Shown: positions 28,996 to 40,405 of the stretch, one piece after another
Numbering within the stretch: position 1 is the first letter of the stretch
Layout of the letters: each line of letters starts with the position of its first letter
Assembly (NCBI GenBank): GCA_964016885.1
Contig: OZ024741.1
Span: forward strand, 117,986,001 to 118,050,000
DNA: 64,000 bases
Direction: 5' to 3'
DNA from: Eledone cirrhosa
Lineage: Eukaryota
Notes under the pieces: model-generated
Seen by the model: the letters and a program-made list of their open reading frames with translations, nothing else
The model's database searches: none
What the model was told of the DNA's origin: nothing
Position numbers and translations under genes: made by a program

Positions 28996-29196
28996 ATGTT
29001 AGTGTATATATGTGTGTATATATATGTGTGTATATATATATGTGTGTATATATATATGTGTATATATATATATGTGTATATATATGTGTATATATATATG
29101 TGTATATATATGTGTATATATGTATATGTATGTATATGTGTATGTATATATATATATGTATATGTGTATGTATATATATATATGTATATGTGTATG

Positions 29197-29227
<31 letters not shown>

Positions 29228-29354
29228 GTATATATATATGTATATGTGTATATATATATATATATGTATATATATATGTGTATATATTTATATATATATA
29301 TGTATATGTGTATATATATGTATATGTGTATATATATATATGTTTATGTGTATA

Positions 29355-29383
<29 letters not shown>

Positions 29384-29386
<3 letters not shown>

Positions 29387-29590
29387 GGAACGAGTAGGAC
29401 CACGACGGCTGAGCTCAAACCGTTTCGACGGCTAATTCTGGACTAAAATTTTAGTCCAGAATTAGCCGTCGAAACGGCTTGAGCTCAGCCGTCGGGGTCC
29501 TACTCGTTCCTATTACCCACTCTACTACCCTAAGTATTGAGTACTTTGGTGCATTATGGTTTATCTGGTTCTTTACCACATTTCCTTCGA
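29384..29590 (+). mobile_element. Fold-back element, copy B
   Basis: Near-perfect 130-bp palindrome 29384-29513 followed by the same tail; (TA)n flanks. Confidence 0.8.
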
Positions 29591-29613
29591 TATATATATA
29601 TATATGTGTGTGT

Positions 29614-29791
29614 GTAATAGGAGGAAGTATGAGTTTTTTTTTTTCTTACTTTAGTCCAGAAATAGCCGTCGAAAAGGCTTGAGCTCTGCCGTCGGGGTCA
29701 TACTTTCTCCTATTACCCACTCTACTACCCTAAGTATTGAGTACTCTGGTGCGTTATGGTCTATCTGGTTCCTTACCACAACTCCTCCGTT
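29614..29791 (+). mobile_element. Fold-back element, copy C (left arm partly deleted)
   Basis: GTAATAGGAGGAAGTATGA pairs with TCATACTTTCTCCTATTAC; same tail. Confidence 0.75.
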
Positions 29792-29886
29792 ATATATATA
29801 TGTATATGTGTATATATATATATGTGTATATATATATATGTATGTGTATATATATATATATGTGTATATATATATATATGTATGTG

Positions 29887-29917
<31 letters not shown>

Positions 29918-29926
29918 GTATATGTG

Positions 29927-29957
<31 letters not shown>

Positions 29958-30259
29958 GTATATGTGTATATATATATATGTATGTGTATATATGTATATA
30001 TGTATGTATATATATAAATTAATAAAAATAATGAATAAAAACAAAGAAACAGTTCCTTATATTAAAAAATTCATCATTTTACGATTGTTTCTAGGATATA
30101 TATGTGTGTGTTGGTATGTATATCATATAGATCTATGTAAAAGTTTTACAAACTATCAGAGGGAATATACATACCTACACATATATATGCTGTCTTCAGC
30201 ATATATATGTATAAGTGTATATATATGTATGTATATGTATATATACATATATATACATA

Positions 30260-30975
30260 TACGACTATACGAACATGCCAGGCAACAACACGACGGTAAC
30301 ATAGACAACATAGAAATTAGAATAATATCTAAACATAGAAATGACCCAGCAGATAGGCAAATCAGAGAGGTCAGTGAAATAGAACTTAGAAGGCCAAGGC
30401 TAAACAGAAAGAATGAATGGAATAACAACAACACTCAAACAAACAACACTGACCTAAGAGAAGTATAAATAAATAACTAGATAAATAAATAAATAAATAA
30501 ATACATACACAAGCACAATAACAACAAACACATATAAACACAAACTAGTAAAGATAGAATACATTAACAAATACACAGTCACCCAATCACGAACACACAT
30601 CAAACAAAACAATATACACACACGCAAACACATGCGCAAAGAAGACAAAATAAAATAAACAAATAAATAAATATATAAACCGACTAAATAAAGATGGCGT
30701 AGAAATTACAATGCAATGGGAGGAAATAATAGCACCACTGACGATGTTGCAGATGTGCAACGAAAGAACTTTGATAAACTATATATATGTGTTCGTGTCT
30801 ATATTGTATCTCTATTATTTTTTACCGTTGGTCAGTCAATGGCAACATTGAGGACCGAATAAATTAGATTACCGATATAAAAGACACAGAAGCGAAAACC
30901 AACCAAACAGTGAGTGTGTTCTGTTATTAATTCTGGCAATGTTACACAAATATGACCCTCCCCAAGTATAACAAT
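30260..30975 (+). mobile_element. Penelope-like 3' remnant: GIY-YIG C-terminal fragment, hammerhead and tail
   Basis: [11 protein letters not shown]...IRIISKH...[22 protein letters not shown] resembles a GIY-YIG C-terminus. Hammerhead at 30734-30775. Tail is homologous to 38250-38420 and 49760-49965. Confidence 0.7.
30734..30775 (+). ncRNA. Minimal hammerhead, GAAA-GAAC-UU family
   Basis: ACCA-CTGACGA-tGTTGCA gatg TGCAAC-GAAA-GAAC-TT-TGAT. Confidence 0.65.
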
Positions 30976-31047
30976 ATGTATATATATGTATATATATATA
31001 TATTCCAAACCCATGCAAGTGTGGAACATGGACGTTAAACGATGATG

Positions 31048-31090
<43 letters not shown>

Positions 31091-31091
31091 G

Positions 31092-31122
<31 letters not shown>

Positions 31123-31143
31123 GTATATATATGTATATATATG

Positions 31144-31188
<45 letters not shown>

Positions 31189-31330
31189 GTATATACATAT
31201 ATGTATATACATATATGTATATATATATGTATATATATATATATATGTATATATGTATATATATGTATATACATATATGTATATATATATGTATATATAT
31301 ATGTATATATATATATATATGTATATATAT

Positions 31331-32064
31331 AAATACATAATCGGAGAAAGCTAATAGCGATACTCCAGCCAAATTCCAACTCACTCAACAAACATTAGGA
31401 AATACCTGAGTATATTCCCAATTAAACGTTCGGGGTGCTAACTATATTGTATTGTGTGGATAATTGGCTGTATTATTCCATATGAGATATATCAAATATA
31501 TCATTTCACAGACGACTCGTTTCATTATAAGATTTCTACAAGTTGGGTGAAAATATACCAAGTTATGTAGAAGCTTGTATAAGATCAACAGATACTTATT
31601 CAAGTGGGCCCTTATAAATCTTCAGTGGGTAACCCAATAATATTAATATTAATAACCAAATCAACATCAATACTTAGCGATAATCACCATCAGTGTTTAA
31701 GGGAGCTGTTAGGTTGTTAGTCCAGCAGTTCTAAAGAAAATCTCACACTGTCCCGAAAATGGGAGGAAGGAGGCCACCGCCAAAATCAATACATGCGCAG
31801 GTCGTTGAACTCTAACAAGAATTCAAGCCACGTGCTAAGAACTCAATTGGATATGAAAAAATATTCACATGTGCACACCGCCAAATGACACAGATATTTT
31901 ATCGGGCAAAATAACAGAATGAGATACAAGAAACCATCAATATTCATATATAAAAATAAACAAAGAGAGTCAAACCTTATATCGGGAAGTTCATATCCGT
32001 TGCACTAAGAGTAAATATATAAATACATTATCGGAGAAAGCTAATAGCGATACTCCAGCCAAAT
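31331..32064 (-). mobile_element. Retrozyme-like non-coding unit with 44-bp terminal direct repeats and an internal hammerhead
   Basis: AAATACAT(A/T)ATCGGAGAAAGCTAATAGCGATACTCCAGCCAAAT at 31331 and 32021 (period 690). Minus-strand CA-CTGAAGA-tTTATAAG...CTTATAAt-GAAA-CGAGTCG-TC-TG at 31627-31509. (TA)n on both sides. Confidence 0.65.
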
Positions 32065-32194
32065 ATATATGTATATATATATATATGTGTGTGTATATAT
32101 ATATATGTGTATATATATGTATATATATATGTGTATATATATGTGTATATATATATATATAGGTATATATGTATATATATATTTTGAGTATATA

Positions 32195-35100
32195 TTGGTT
32201 GTATACCAACACCTCAGTATGCAGATTGGAGCACTCGACGAAGTGCGCAGGTTGGTTTGGTTACTCCGGAGTAATGTAAAATAAAATAAAATAAATAAGT
32301 CAAATGTTTAAAATTTAGCTTCGTTTATTACTGCTATATATATTTCAGTGACAGCCATCATTGGCTGTGACCTCTTCAGGCAGTCCGAATTAGTGTGGTA
32401 TAGACAAGTACATATGTTGTTGAGGTGTATATCTTTGTCAATACTCTGATATGCCCAGTTCCTGGTTGGGTTGTTATTTCACTGAGAAACTGGAATCATA
32501 TGAATTCAAACAAACGAATTTCAGTGTCAAAGGCCTCTTCTCCTCTCATTGGTCAGTTGTTAGAACATTCCTCATTCAAAAGTCTATAGAAATTCGTTCT
32601 GAGGCAAGCCAATCTGTAGTTGTTGTCCTTGTTATTACTATTACGTACATCTGACCTCAATTCTTGTGTTGGTATGTTGTTATTGTTGGAGTTAGGTAAA
32701 AAAAATTGATAAAGTGGTAGAAGGAATAAGATGGTAAAGGAACAAAATAACAAAAAAATGTCAAACTTCCCATTGGTCAGTTTTGAGAGCATCCCTCAGT
32801 CCAAAGTCTAGAAATTCTTTCTGGGGTGAGGCTCCCTGTAGTGTTTGTGTTTGCTATTGTTAAGTACATCTGACCTCTACCCTTATTTTGGTAGTGTTGT
32901 TGGTGTTGTGTTTCTTCATCCCTCCTGCCACCATCTCCCGTGGTGGTGGTGGTGGGGGGGGGGGGGGTTCTTCCATGTATATGAAGAAATATAAGGCAAT
33001 AAAATGATTCAAATAAAGTAAGATAAAGTGTGTGTGTGCTATAACCAATCTCAATGTCAGAAATATGTTGGATAGATTGGTATGAGGAACAAGATGGTAA
33101 AAGAATAAGATAATCAAATAAAATGTGTTTGTGTTATAACCAATCTCAACTTAAAAATAAATGTAAGGTGATAAAGTGAAGAGAACAGAAATCAAATAAC
33201 AAATTAATGAGAAATCAAGATTTAAAAATTGAAAAATTGAAAAATCACAAATCAAGTAAATTAAAATGTGTGTGTTATAAAGATGTTGGCCAAATTATAA
33301 TGGCTGTGTCAGAATCAATCTCTAGGCTATCATGGTGTCTGCTCAGCCTGGGTTGGTCCTTATGGCTTGAGGGGAGTTCCAATCTAGGGTGTTGTTATTG
33401 CCCATATAGCTTGAGGGAGGTCTGGCCGAGAGGTGTCTACATGTTCTGGAGAAGTCCCTATAGCTTGAGGGGAGTCCACATCTTCTTGTGTTGCTTCGGT
33501 CCATATATCTTGAGGAAGGTCCCAGCCCTGAGGTGTCTGCATGTCCCGAAGAAGTCGGTTCTGAGGTTTATCATGCCGCTTCCACCTCTTAGTATCTCGA
33601 GGGTCTCGTTCAGGCATAGTTTGCATATGCAAGATCCCCTTTTATCGGGTGGTACTTTCCTGATTATGTACCAGGCCAGAGAGTACGGGGTCCTGTCCAG
33701 CTTAAGCTTCCAGATCAGGTCGGAGAGAGCCGTGCTTTTTCTTTTGGCCTCCTTATTGAAGGAATGGCGATGGTTGTGCCAGCGGTCTTTAAAGCTCGTT
33801 GATGTCGCTCCTATGTAGAGGTGTTCGGAGTTGGGAGTTTTAACCCTACAACCGTATATTAGGTTCTTCTTAAGGCATTCATTACCAAGGGGGCATGATT
33901 CGGGGTTTCTGCAGTTGCAGAGGGTGGTCGACCTCTGCGTGCCTAGATTGGGGTTCCCGTTAGGTGTTACATGGCGGTCTTCCCCCAGGTATGGTGGGGG
34001 GTCCGCGGGTCTGTTTGGGTTTCTTGGGTGGGCACTGGGTCTCCCCTTCCCTCCTTTCACATGGTTCTGCTGAGTGCTTGTATTGCCATCTTCTGGTTGT
34101 GTGTGGTTTTTAAGCCTACTCCTGTTGATGCTAGCTATGTGTTGGGCCAGATTTCTCGTGGTGGAATACGAGAGCTTCACAGTGTGTCTGTTGAAGATCC
34201 TGTGGTATCTATGGTCCCTCGGGAAGCATTTATCAAGTGCTCCAAAGAATGATCGGGCCAAGCTGTTCTTTAGGGCCGCTGAGTAGGGTGGGTTGTACCA
34301 CATGATTTTTCTGTGTCTCCTCGTATATGTGTGGATCGGGGGCGTTGTGAGTTGTTGGAGATTTGTTGGGTTGCTGGTGGTTCCCGCACTGTTGCTTTCC
34401 CTTTGGGCGCTATGCGTTTTGCTATCTTCACGGCCCGAATCTGTGGAGTGGTCCGCCATTCCCCCCCCCCACGTGTCCTGCGGTTGTGATCGTGGGTCCT
34501 GGGGTGGTTAGCGTCACCCCTGAGACTGCTACTCATATTGGGTTTCATCTCATGGTTAAGCGTACTAGTCACCAACGCCCGTGTGGTGGTGACGGGCTCA
34601 TGGTGCCTATTTGTTTCTGTTCTGCCTGTATTGTTAGGGTTTCCCCCCCCCCCCCGGGCAACGCGGGTGTGGGTGTCCGTTAAGCCATCCCCATCCCGGC
34701 GTTTCGGACTATATGTTATATTTTGGCCATGTGCCGCCTTATTTAGAGCTGCGTTGTAATATTCCGCATTGTTATCGAATATTTCCTTACTTGCGGACAG
34801 GCTGGAGATCCTGTCCGAGACACTCTTCACCACGGCCTTGGTTATGGATCTAGGGTGGTTTGATTTGGCGTTAACATACACGAGTTTCTCGTTGGGCTTG
34901 TGGTAGGTGTAGTATTGTTCGGTGTTCAGGTTTAGGGTGGTGTCTAGGAAGTTAACTACCTTCCTATTTGGGTCTAGTTCTATACTGAGCCCCTGGTTCT
35001 TAAAGGAATGGCGAATACGCCTCCTCATTCCCTCCAACATATTGGTGCTGTGGTCATATACTGTGAATAGAGCATCGTCACGATATAATCTGCCGCCCAG

Positions 35101-35785
35101 GCAGGGGATTTCATCTTTTATCTGCTTCAGCAGGAAGAGCCCAACCAGGTCCGTTACCTGTGCTGAGTCACTGGAGCCCATCGTGATGTCAAAGTTATTT
35201 AGCCAATCACTCCTGGTCCATAGGTCTCCATCGAAATGGATTACAGTCTTTCTTGCGGCATGGATGATGCTCACCTCCTCGGGTTAGGTCCGTATTGGAC
35301 ATCGCTAAAAATAGGGCCTTATTGAGTACTATGGGTGAGATTGAGGAGTAGTAGCTTGCGATATCCAATTGTATAAAGCTGGTCTTACTTTTCTCATGTA
35401 GTATCTTAAACCATTCTATTACTTCTCCCGTGCATGACCATTGCTGTAATTTAGTTTTCTTCCGAAGCTTGGGCAAAATCCTATCTAGTATTCTTTTACT
35501 GACGATCCCTAGGTCAGATCTGGAGGGGGCTATTAGTCTGACAGGGAGGTCGGACTCAAAGTTTGGCTTGTGATCTTTAAGGGTATTCTGCGGCTCCCTT
35601 GTTTGGTATGGGGCCGTCCTGTCCTCTATGCCGAGTCTAGATATAATCCTGTAAGCTGTGGCATTGATCTCATCCAGGGTAGATCCAGGATTTTTTTTGT
35701 AGCACTTCCTCAGTTCCCTGAAAATTAGCTTATTATACAGTTCAGTGTTCATGTTGTAGAGGTTGTTGGTTTTGTCAGCAAAATG
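32195..35785 (-). mobile_element. Penelope-like retroelement (RT plus C-terminal GIY-YIG endonuclease), 5'-truncated and frameshifted, with 3' UTR/pLTR
   Basis: Three overlapping minus ORFs: 35752-35207 (FIQLDIASYYSSI, RT motif A); 35274-34270 (FDITMGSSDSAQVTDLVG, LYRDD, VNFLDTTLNL, YHKPN...SNHP); 34459-33458 (WYNPPYS, CNCR..CPL..CL, IYG...YIG, FKDRWHNH, CKLCLNE, CRH). Flanked by TA-rich tracts; hammerhead and AATAAA lie downstream. Confidence 0.92.
32330..32384 (-). ncRNA. Type I minimal hammerhead ribozyme in the Penelope 3' region
   Basis: Minus strand: ACTGC-CTGAAGA-GGTCACAGCCA atga TGGCTGTCACT-GAAA-TATATA-TA-GCAGT-AATAAA. 5-bp stem I, long stem II, palindromic stem III. Confidence 0.85.
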
Positions 35786-35828
35786 TATGTATATATATAT
35801 ATATATAGGTATATATGTGTATATATAT

Positions 35829-36912
35829 CATCATCATCATCATCATCACCGTTTTACGTCCGTTCTTCCACGCTAGCATGGGTTAGACGGGTTGTCCTGT
35901 TGTGGGCAGTGTCTGGTTGGCTGACCATGCCTTGCTCATACAGGAACTGATTTGGCTTGATTTCTACAGCTGGATGCCCTTCCTAACACCAACCTCATTT
36001 ACAGTGAGTGCTGGGTGCTTTTTCGTGGCGCCTACACGTCCACTTTACAGTGTGGGCTGGGTGCTTTTTTGCCGTGGCACCTCCACGACCACCTTGCAGT
36101 GTTGGGCGTGGGGGCATATTGTCTATATGCTTCAGCTTGAACCCATGGGAGGTCGGGTACTCTGTATTACTGTGTGACGCCAGAGGTCACGGTCGTGTGT
36201 CATCGCCTTTGAGAGGTGTAATTGGGTACGGTCGGCTTTTATCACCTCATCCCAGGTCATCTTGGGTCTCCCTACTCCGCGGTTTCCATCGACTTCTAGT
36301 GCTCTGCACCTTTTTATGCAACTGTCATCCTTCATACGCATCACATGTCCATACCAATGCAACCGCCTCTCCTGCACACAGCATTTGATTCCTCTTATGC
36401 TCAGTCTCCCTCTCAATTCATTTATGCTTTGTCGTTCACGTATATTACTATTACACATCCATCGGAGCATGCAGGCTTCGTTTCTCTCTAATCTACGTAC
36501 CATGCAACATCGCTGTTCGGATACATGCATCATACAGTCTGCCTTTGATTTTGAGGGAGAAGCCTTTTGCAGCTAGCAGTGGTAGTAGTTCCCTAAACTT
36601 CTTCCATCCCGTTCTTACCCTAGTTATTGTACTTTCTGAACACCCACTTTTAGCTAGGTACTTTTCCTGTAACTGCCTCACAAGGAAGAGGGCATCAGTG
36701 GTGCCTCTTCCTGGCACAAACCCAAATTGCATCTCATCTAGTTTCACCTAGTCCCTAATCAACTGTGCTATAACTCTTTGTGTTACTTTCAGGACCTGGT
36801 CCATCAGCTTTATACCTCTATAGTTTCCTCTATCTAGTGCATCACCTTTACCTTTGTAGCAGTTGACAATGATGCTACTGCACCAATCCTTTGGTATGAC
36901 TCCTTCTAGTAT
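35829..36912 (-). mobile_element. RTE LINE copy with an internal deletion of the RT core
   Basis: Colinear with 61302-63100 but lacks the equivalent of 62144-62841; reads QEKYLAK-SGCSES in frame. Confidence 0.9.
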
Positions 36913-36936
36913 TACATATGTATATGTATATATGTG

Positions 36937-36968
<32 letters not shown>

Positions 36969-36974
36969 TATATA

Positions 36975-37152
36975 CATGCTGTGTTGAGACTAGGAGGCTC
37001 ACTAATCATGGGAGTACTCAATGTATGGGGAGATGCAGAGGGGATATAGAGGTATGTAAAATCCCTACCACAGTGCCAAGCAGTTTTGACTTGTATGTTC
37101 AGCAAGCCAACACTGCTTGGTTCTGCAGTCGGGATTTTACATATCTCTATAT
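36975..37152 (-). mobile_element. Fold-back element, diverged copy E
   Basis: GAGTACTCAAT at 37012-37022, then hairpin 37044-37152 (TATAGAGGTATGTAAAATCCC...GGGATTTTACATATCTCTATA); alignable by eye to copies A-D. Confidence 0.65.
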
Positions 37153-37799
37153 ATACATATATATAGTCATCATCATCATCACTCAACCTTTCCAAAATTA
37201 AAAGTAGCCTATCTCTCCTCTTAATTAGGCTGGTTGTTCTACTTATCTAGTTGTTTATTGTCAGTCAGAAGTTCTGTTTTGAGACACTGCTTACTGATGA
37301 GTTTTCAGCATCTTAATTTATTAATTAATTATCTTGATTAATATAAGCACGAATTTGTAGATGAAGTTATAGTAACATAAACAACACACAGGAAGAGGTT
37401 TAGACCATTAACACACACACACACACATACACATACTATATGGGCTTCTATACAGTTTTCATCTACCAAATTCATCTAACAATGTATTATCCAACCCAAT
37501 GCTACAGTAAAAAACGAAACAAAAAAAAAAAATGTTTCTCCCAGCCCAGGTAATGTGTAGTAGAGTGGAACCCAGAACTATAAGTTGTGGAAGCAAACTT
37601 CTTAACTAATATACATACACCTATTTCTGCCCTGAAACAATTTAAATGCCAGCAGGGAATTTAAGGAGTAGTCTCATGTATTATTCATTTGGCCAGATGA
37701 TAATGGTTGCGCAGTGGTTTCCAAATTAAGGTCCACAGCGCTCTGGATATCCACTAAAGTAGTATTGGAGACCCTGTGAGTTCTGTTTAAAATTTAATG

Positions 37800-38230
37800 T
37801 ACTTTGTTATAAACATAATATACGCACACTATTGGGTATCCATTCTTCTCCAAATATAAACATTTCCCTCTTTCAATTGTAATTCTCACTGTATAACAAT
37901 TTCAAGTAGATTGTTATAAACATAATATTGGGTATCCATTCTTTTCTAAGTATAAACATTTCTCTTTCAATTATTCTCTCTGTGCAACAATGTTAAGTAC
38001 TTTGTCTTAAACATAATATATACACATTATTGAGAATTCATTCTTTAAGTATAAACATTTCTTTCTTTTGATTGTTGTTCTCACTGTATAATAATTTCCA
38101 GTACTTTGTTAAAAAAAAATACATACACGCATTATTGAGTAGCTAATCTTCTCAGTACAAATATTTCCCTTTTTCTATCCTTATTATCACTGTATAGCAA
38201 TTTCAAGTAGTTTATTGAAAACATAATGTA
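37800..38230. repeat. ~100-bp tandem repeat, about 4 copies
   Basis: AAACATAATAT...TATTGGGTATCCATTCTT...CTCACTGTATAACAATTTCAAGTA recurs. Confidence 0.8.
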
Positions 38231-38349
38231 CAAATTTTTGTTATATTTGGTGATGGTCATGTTGCCAGTATTGCCAATAAAAAGAAACACATGCATGATA
38301 TGATTTTCACTTTTTCACTTTACATTTATTACTGGTTATTGGTTAGTTC

Positions 38350-38392
38350 GTCAAAATTCTTTCATCACACATTCTGTGACCTCCTCAATGAC
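38350..38392 (-). ncRNA. Degenerate hammerhead, same family as 49886 (copy ~38250-38420)
   Basis: Minus strand: GTCA-TTGAGGA-gGTCACA gaatg TGTGAT-GAAA-GAAT-TT-TGAC; C3 is mutated. Confidence 0.5.
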
Positions 38393-40184
38393 TATCTGTT
38401 CTCTTTTATGCCTCCTCTACATGCTGGTCTTAATCTCTGGCTCCATCAACAAAGTACAGTATCAGTAGAGGGCCAGACAAAATGCTTTGTGGCACAGAGT
38501 AATGGCCCTTTATGTTCTGAGTTCAAATAATGCCATGGTTAGCTTTGCCTTTCATCCATATGGGGTTGATAAAATAAAATACCAGTGACTCACTGGAGTC
38601 GATTTAATCAATTTCCCCTTACTCCAAAATTGTTGGCTTTGTGTCGAAATCAGAAGCCATTGTTTATCAGGTATACAGAGTATAGCTTAACAAATATTCT
38701 TACATTCAATTATGATGGAAGGTTTCTAGATAAATAAAAACACTTTGAAATAAACAGCTTTGTGTTATAGAACCAAGGGTGGTTTCAGGTAGTTTAGTAT
38801 CAAAAGGGTTAAAGATCACAAATTACCTTAACCATGATGGTGATGGCTAAAACATAATTTTATCTTCTGATTGTAATTCTCACAGTATAACAATCTCTGT
38901 GAGGGGGAGGGGGTAATAAAAGTCACAAGATATGAATGACCTTAGCCATGATGGTGATGGCTAAAGCATATATTTCTCTCTATTCTATAACAATCTGGGT
39001 GGTGGTTAAGGGTGATAAAAGTCACAAGATAGAAATGAACTTGACCTTAACATTGATGGTGATGACTAAGCAAAAGAAGTCTACATACTTATGTGTCTAT
39101 TTCCCCCCTTTTTTGTTTTTGTTTTACATTTTTTTTTTTTGGCAATTAAAACTATCTTGGTCTCCCCTGGTGATAACAGAAACTGGACTTTTCCAAGATA
39201 AAAAAAAAATAGTGTGGACTGCTAATCCTTGAAATTTGGCTGACTATTCTGCTTATCTTAAGGGGTTGGTAAACAGTTGGTCCATTGCTAGAATTAGTAG
39301 CCTAATCATGGTCTGCTTGTATATGTGGGTAGGTAGGTGGTTGGGTGGGGGGAACCTGAATCAGAGATAAGAATAAAAAAAAGTTGAAAAGTATGGTGGC
39401 GGCAGTGGCCGGCTAATTGACGGTTGTGGGGTGGTGGATATAGCAGTTGCAGGGATAATGATGTTGGTGATAGTGGTGATTACAGAAATGGTGATGTTAG
39501 TTGCAGCAGTGATGATGGCAGTGGTGGTGGTGGTGGTGGTGGTGGTGGTGGTGGTGGCTAACCAAACTGAGGCTGAGCCAATGTAGAAGTCTCTATGTAG
39601 GTTATTGACCTGTTTGAAATAGCAACCAATTCTTCCTCAAATCATACTCAGCTATATCTCCTAGATTTAGGTATGAGCTAAACAAGCTACAGTTTAGTGC
39701 CTCACGACCAGCTGGGGCTTCCGAGCTTTATATATCTTAGGACTCACAGAGATGATGATGAAAGAACACGATGGGTGAAGAGATGCTGAAAAGGACCCAT
39801 CTAACCCATGCGAGCAGGGAAAAACATGGGTGTAAAAACGATGATGATTATAATGATGATGACATCGCTGAGTTTAAATCCAGCACACCAGAGTTACAAT
39901 AAAATGCTCTCAGTGCATGCTGTAAAATGGCCATGTTGGGGCTATAATAAAACACAATTAGCCCACTCTGTAAAGAAACCAAACCAAAACAGAGTGTACA
40001 AGCAAGATATAGTCATCTGACCAGTCAAGCCTCAGTATTACAACCTGTCTAACCTATGCAAACACAGAAAATAGATGTTAACAATGGTGATGATGAGGAT
40101 GAGGATGATGACTCTAAGACCAAATCACAGAGCCATGCTCATCCCCCTTAACCCCTACTACATAGTTAGAATTTTTACTTCAGA

Positions 40185-40405
40185 TGTAATCCATTTGATG
40201 CCAAACTGCCTGGAACCACCCTCAGGCTTTATGATACTAGAGTGTTTATAATTATCTAAAAACTCTTCCATCATAATTGTATGTAACAACCTTTAAGTTA
40301 TGTTCCAAATACTAAATCCTACTAAATTCTTGTTTATTTTCAAAATTATTTGAAAATCATAGATAGTATTTTTTAATTAGAAATATGGTAATAAAAGGGT
40401 TAAAT
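40185..40405. mobile_element. TTAA-ended non-autonomous DNA element family (piggyBac/Kolobok-like); related pieces ~2090-2245, 26593-27225, 38690-38812, 42780-42896, 43330-43455, 51200-51335
   Basis: Recurrent ends TAA.CC(C/A)TTTGAT..CAAAC and G(G/T)A(A/T)(C/T)AAAAGGGTTAA with shared internal sequence. Confidence 0.5.

Larger units (their letters stand above)
29003..30016. repeat. (TA/TG)n microsatellite field hosting fold-back elements; similar tracts at 31053-31330, 32065-32182, 47171-47345, 63450-63552
   Basis: Direct reading of the sequence. Confidence 0.95.

Noticed and set aside
28914-31391. Many Y/I/C/M/V-rich ORFs
   Set aside because: Translations of (TA/TG)n tracts; only the 30260-30430 portion carries a real GIY-YIG-like signal.
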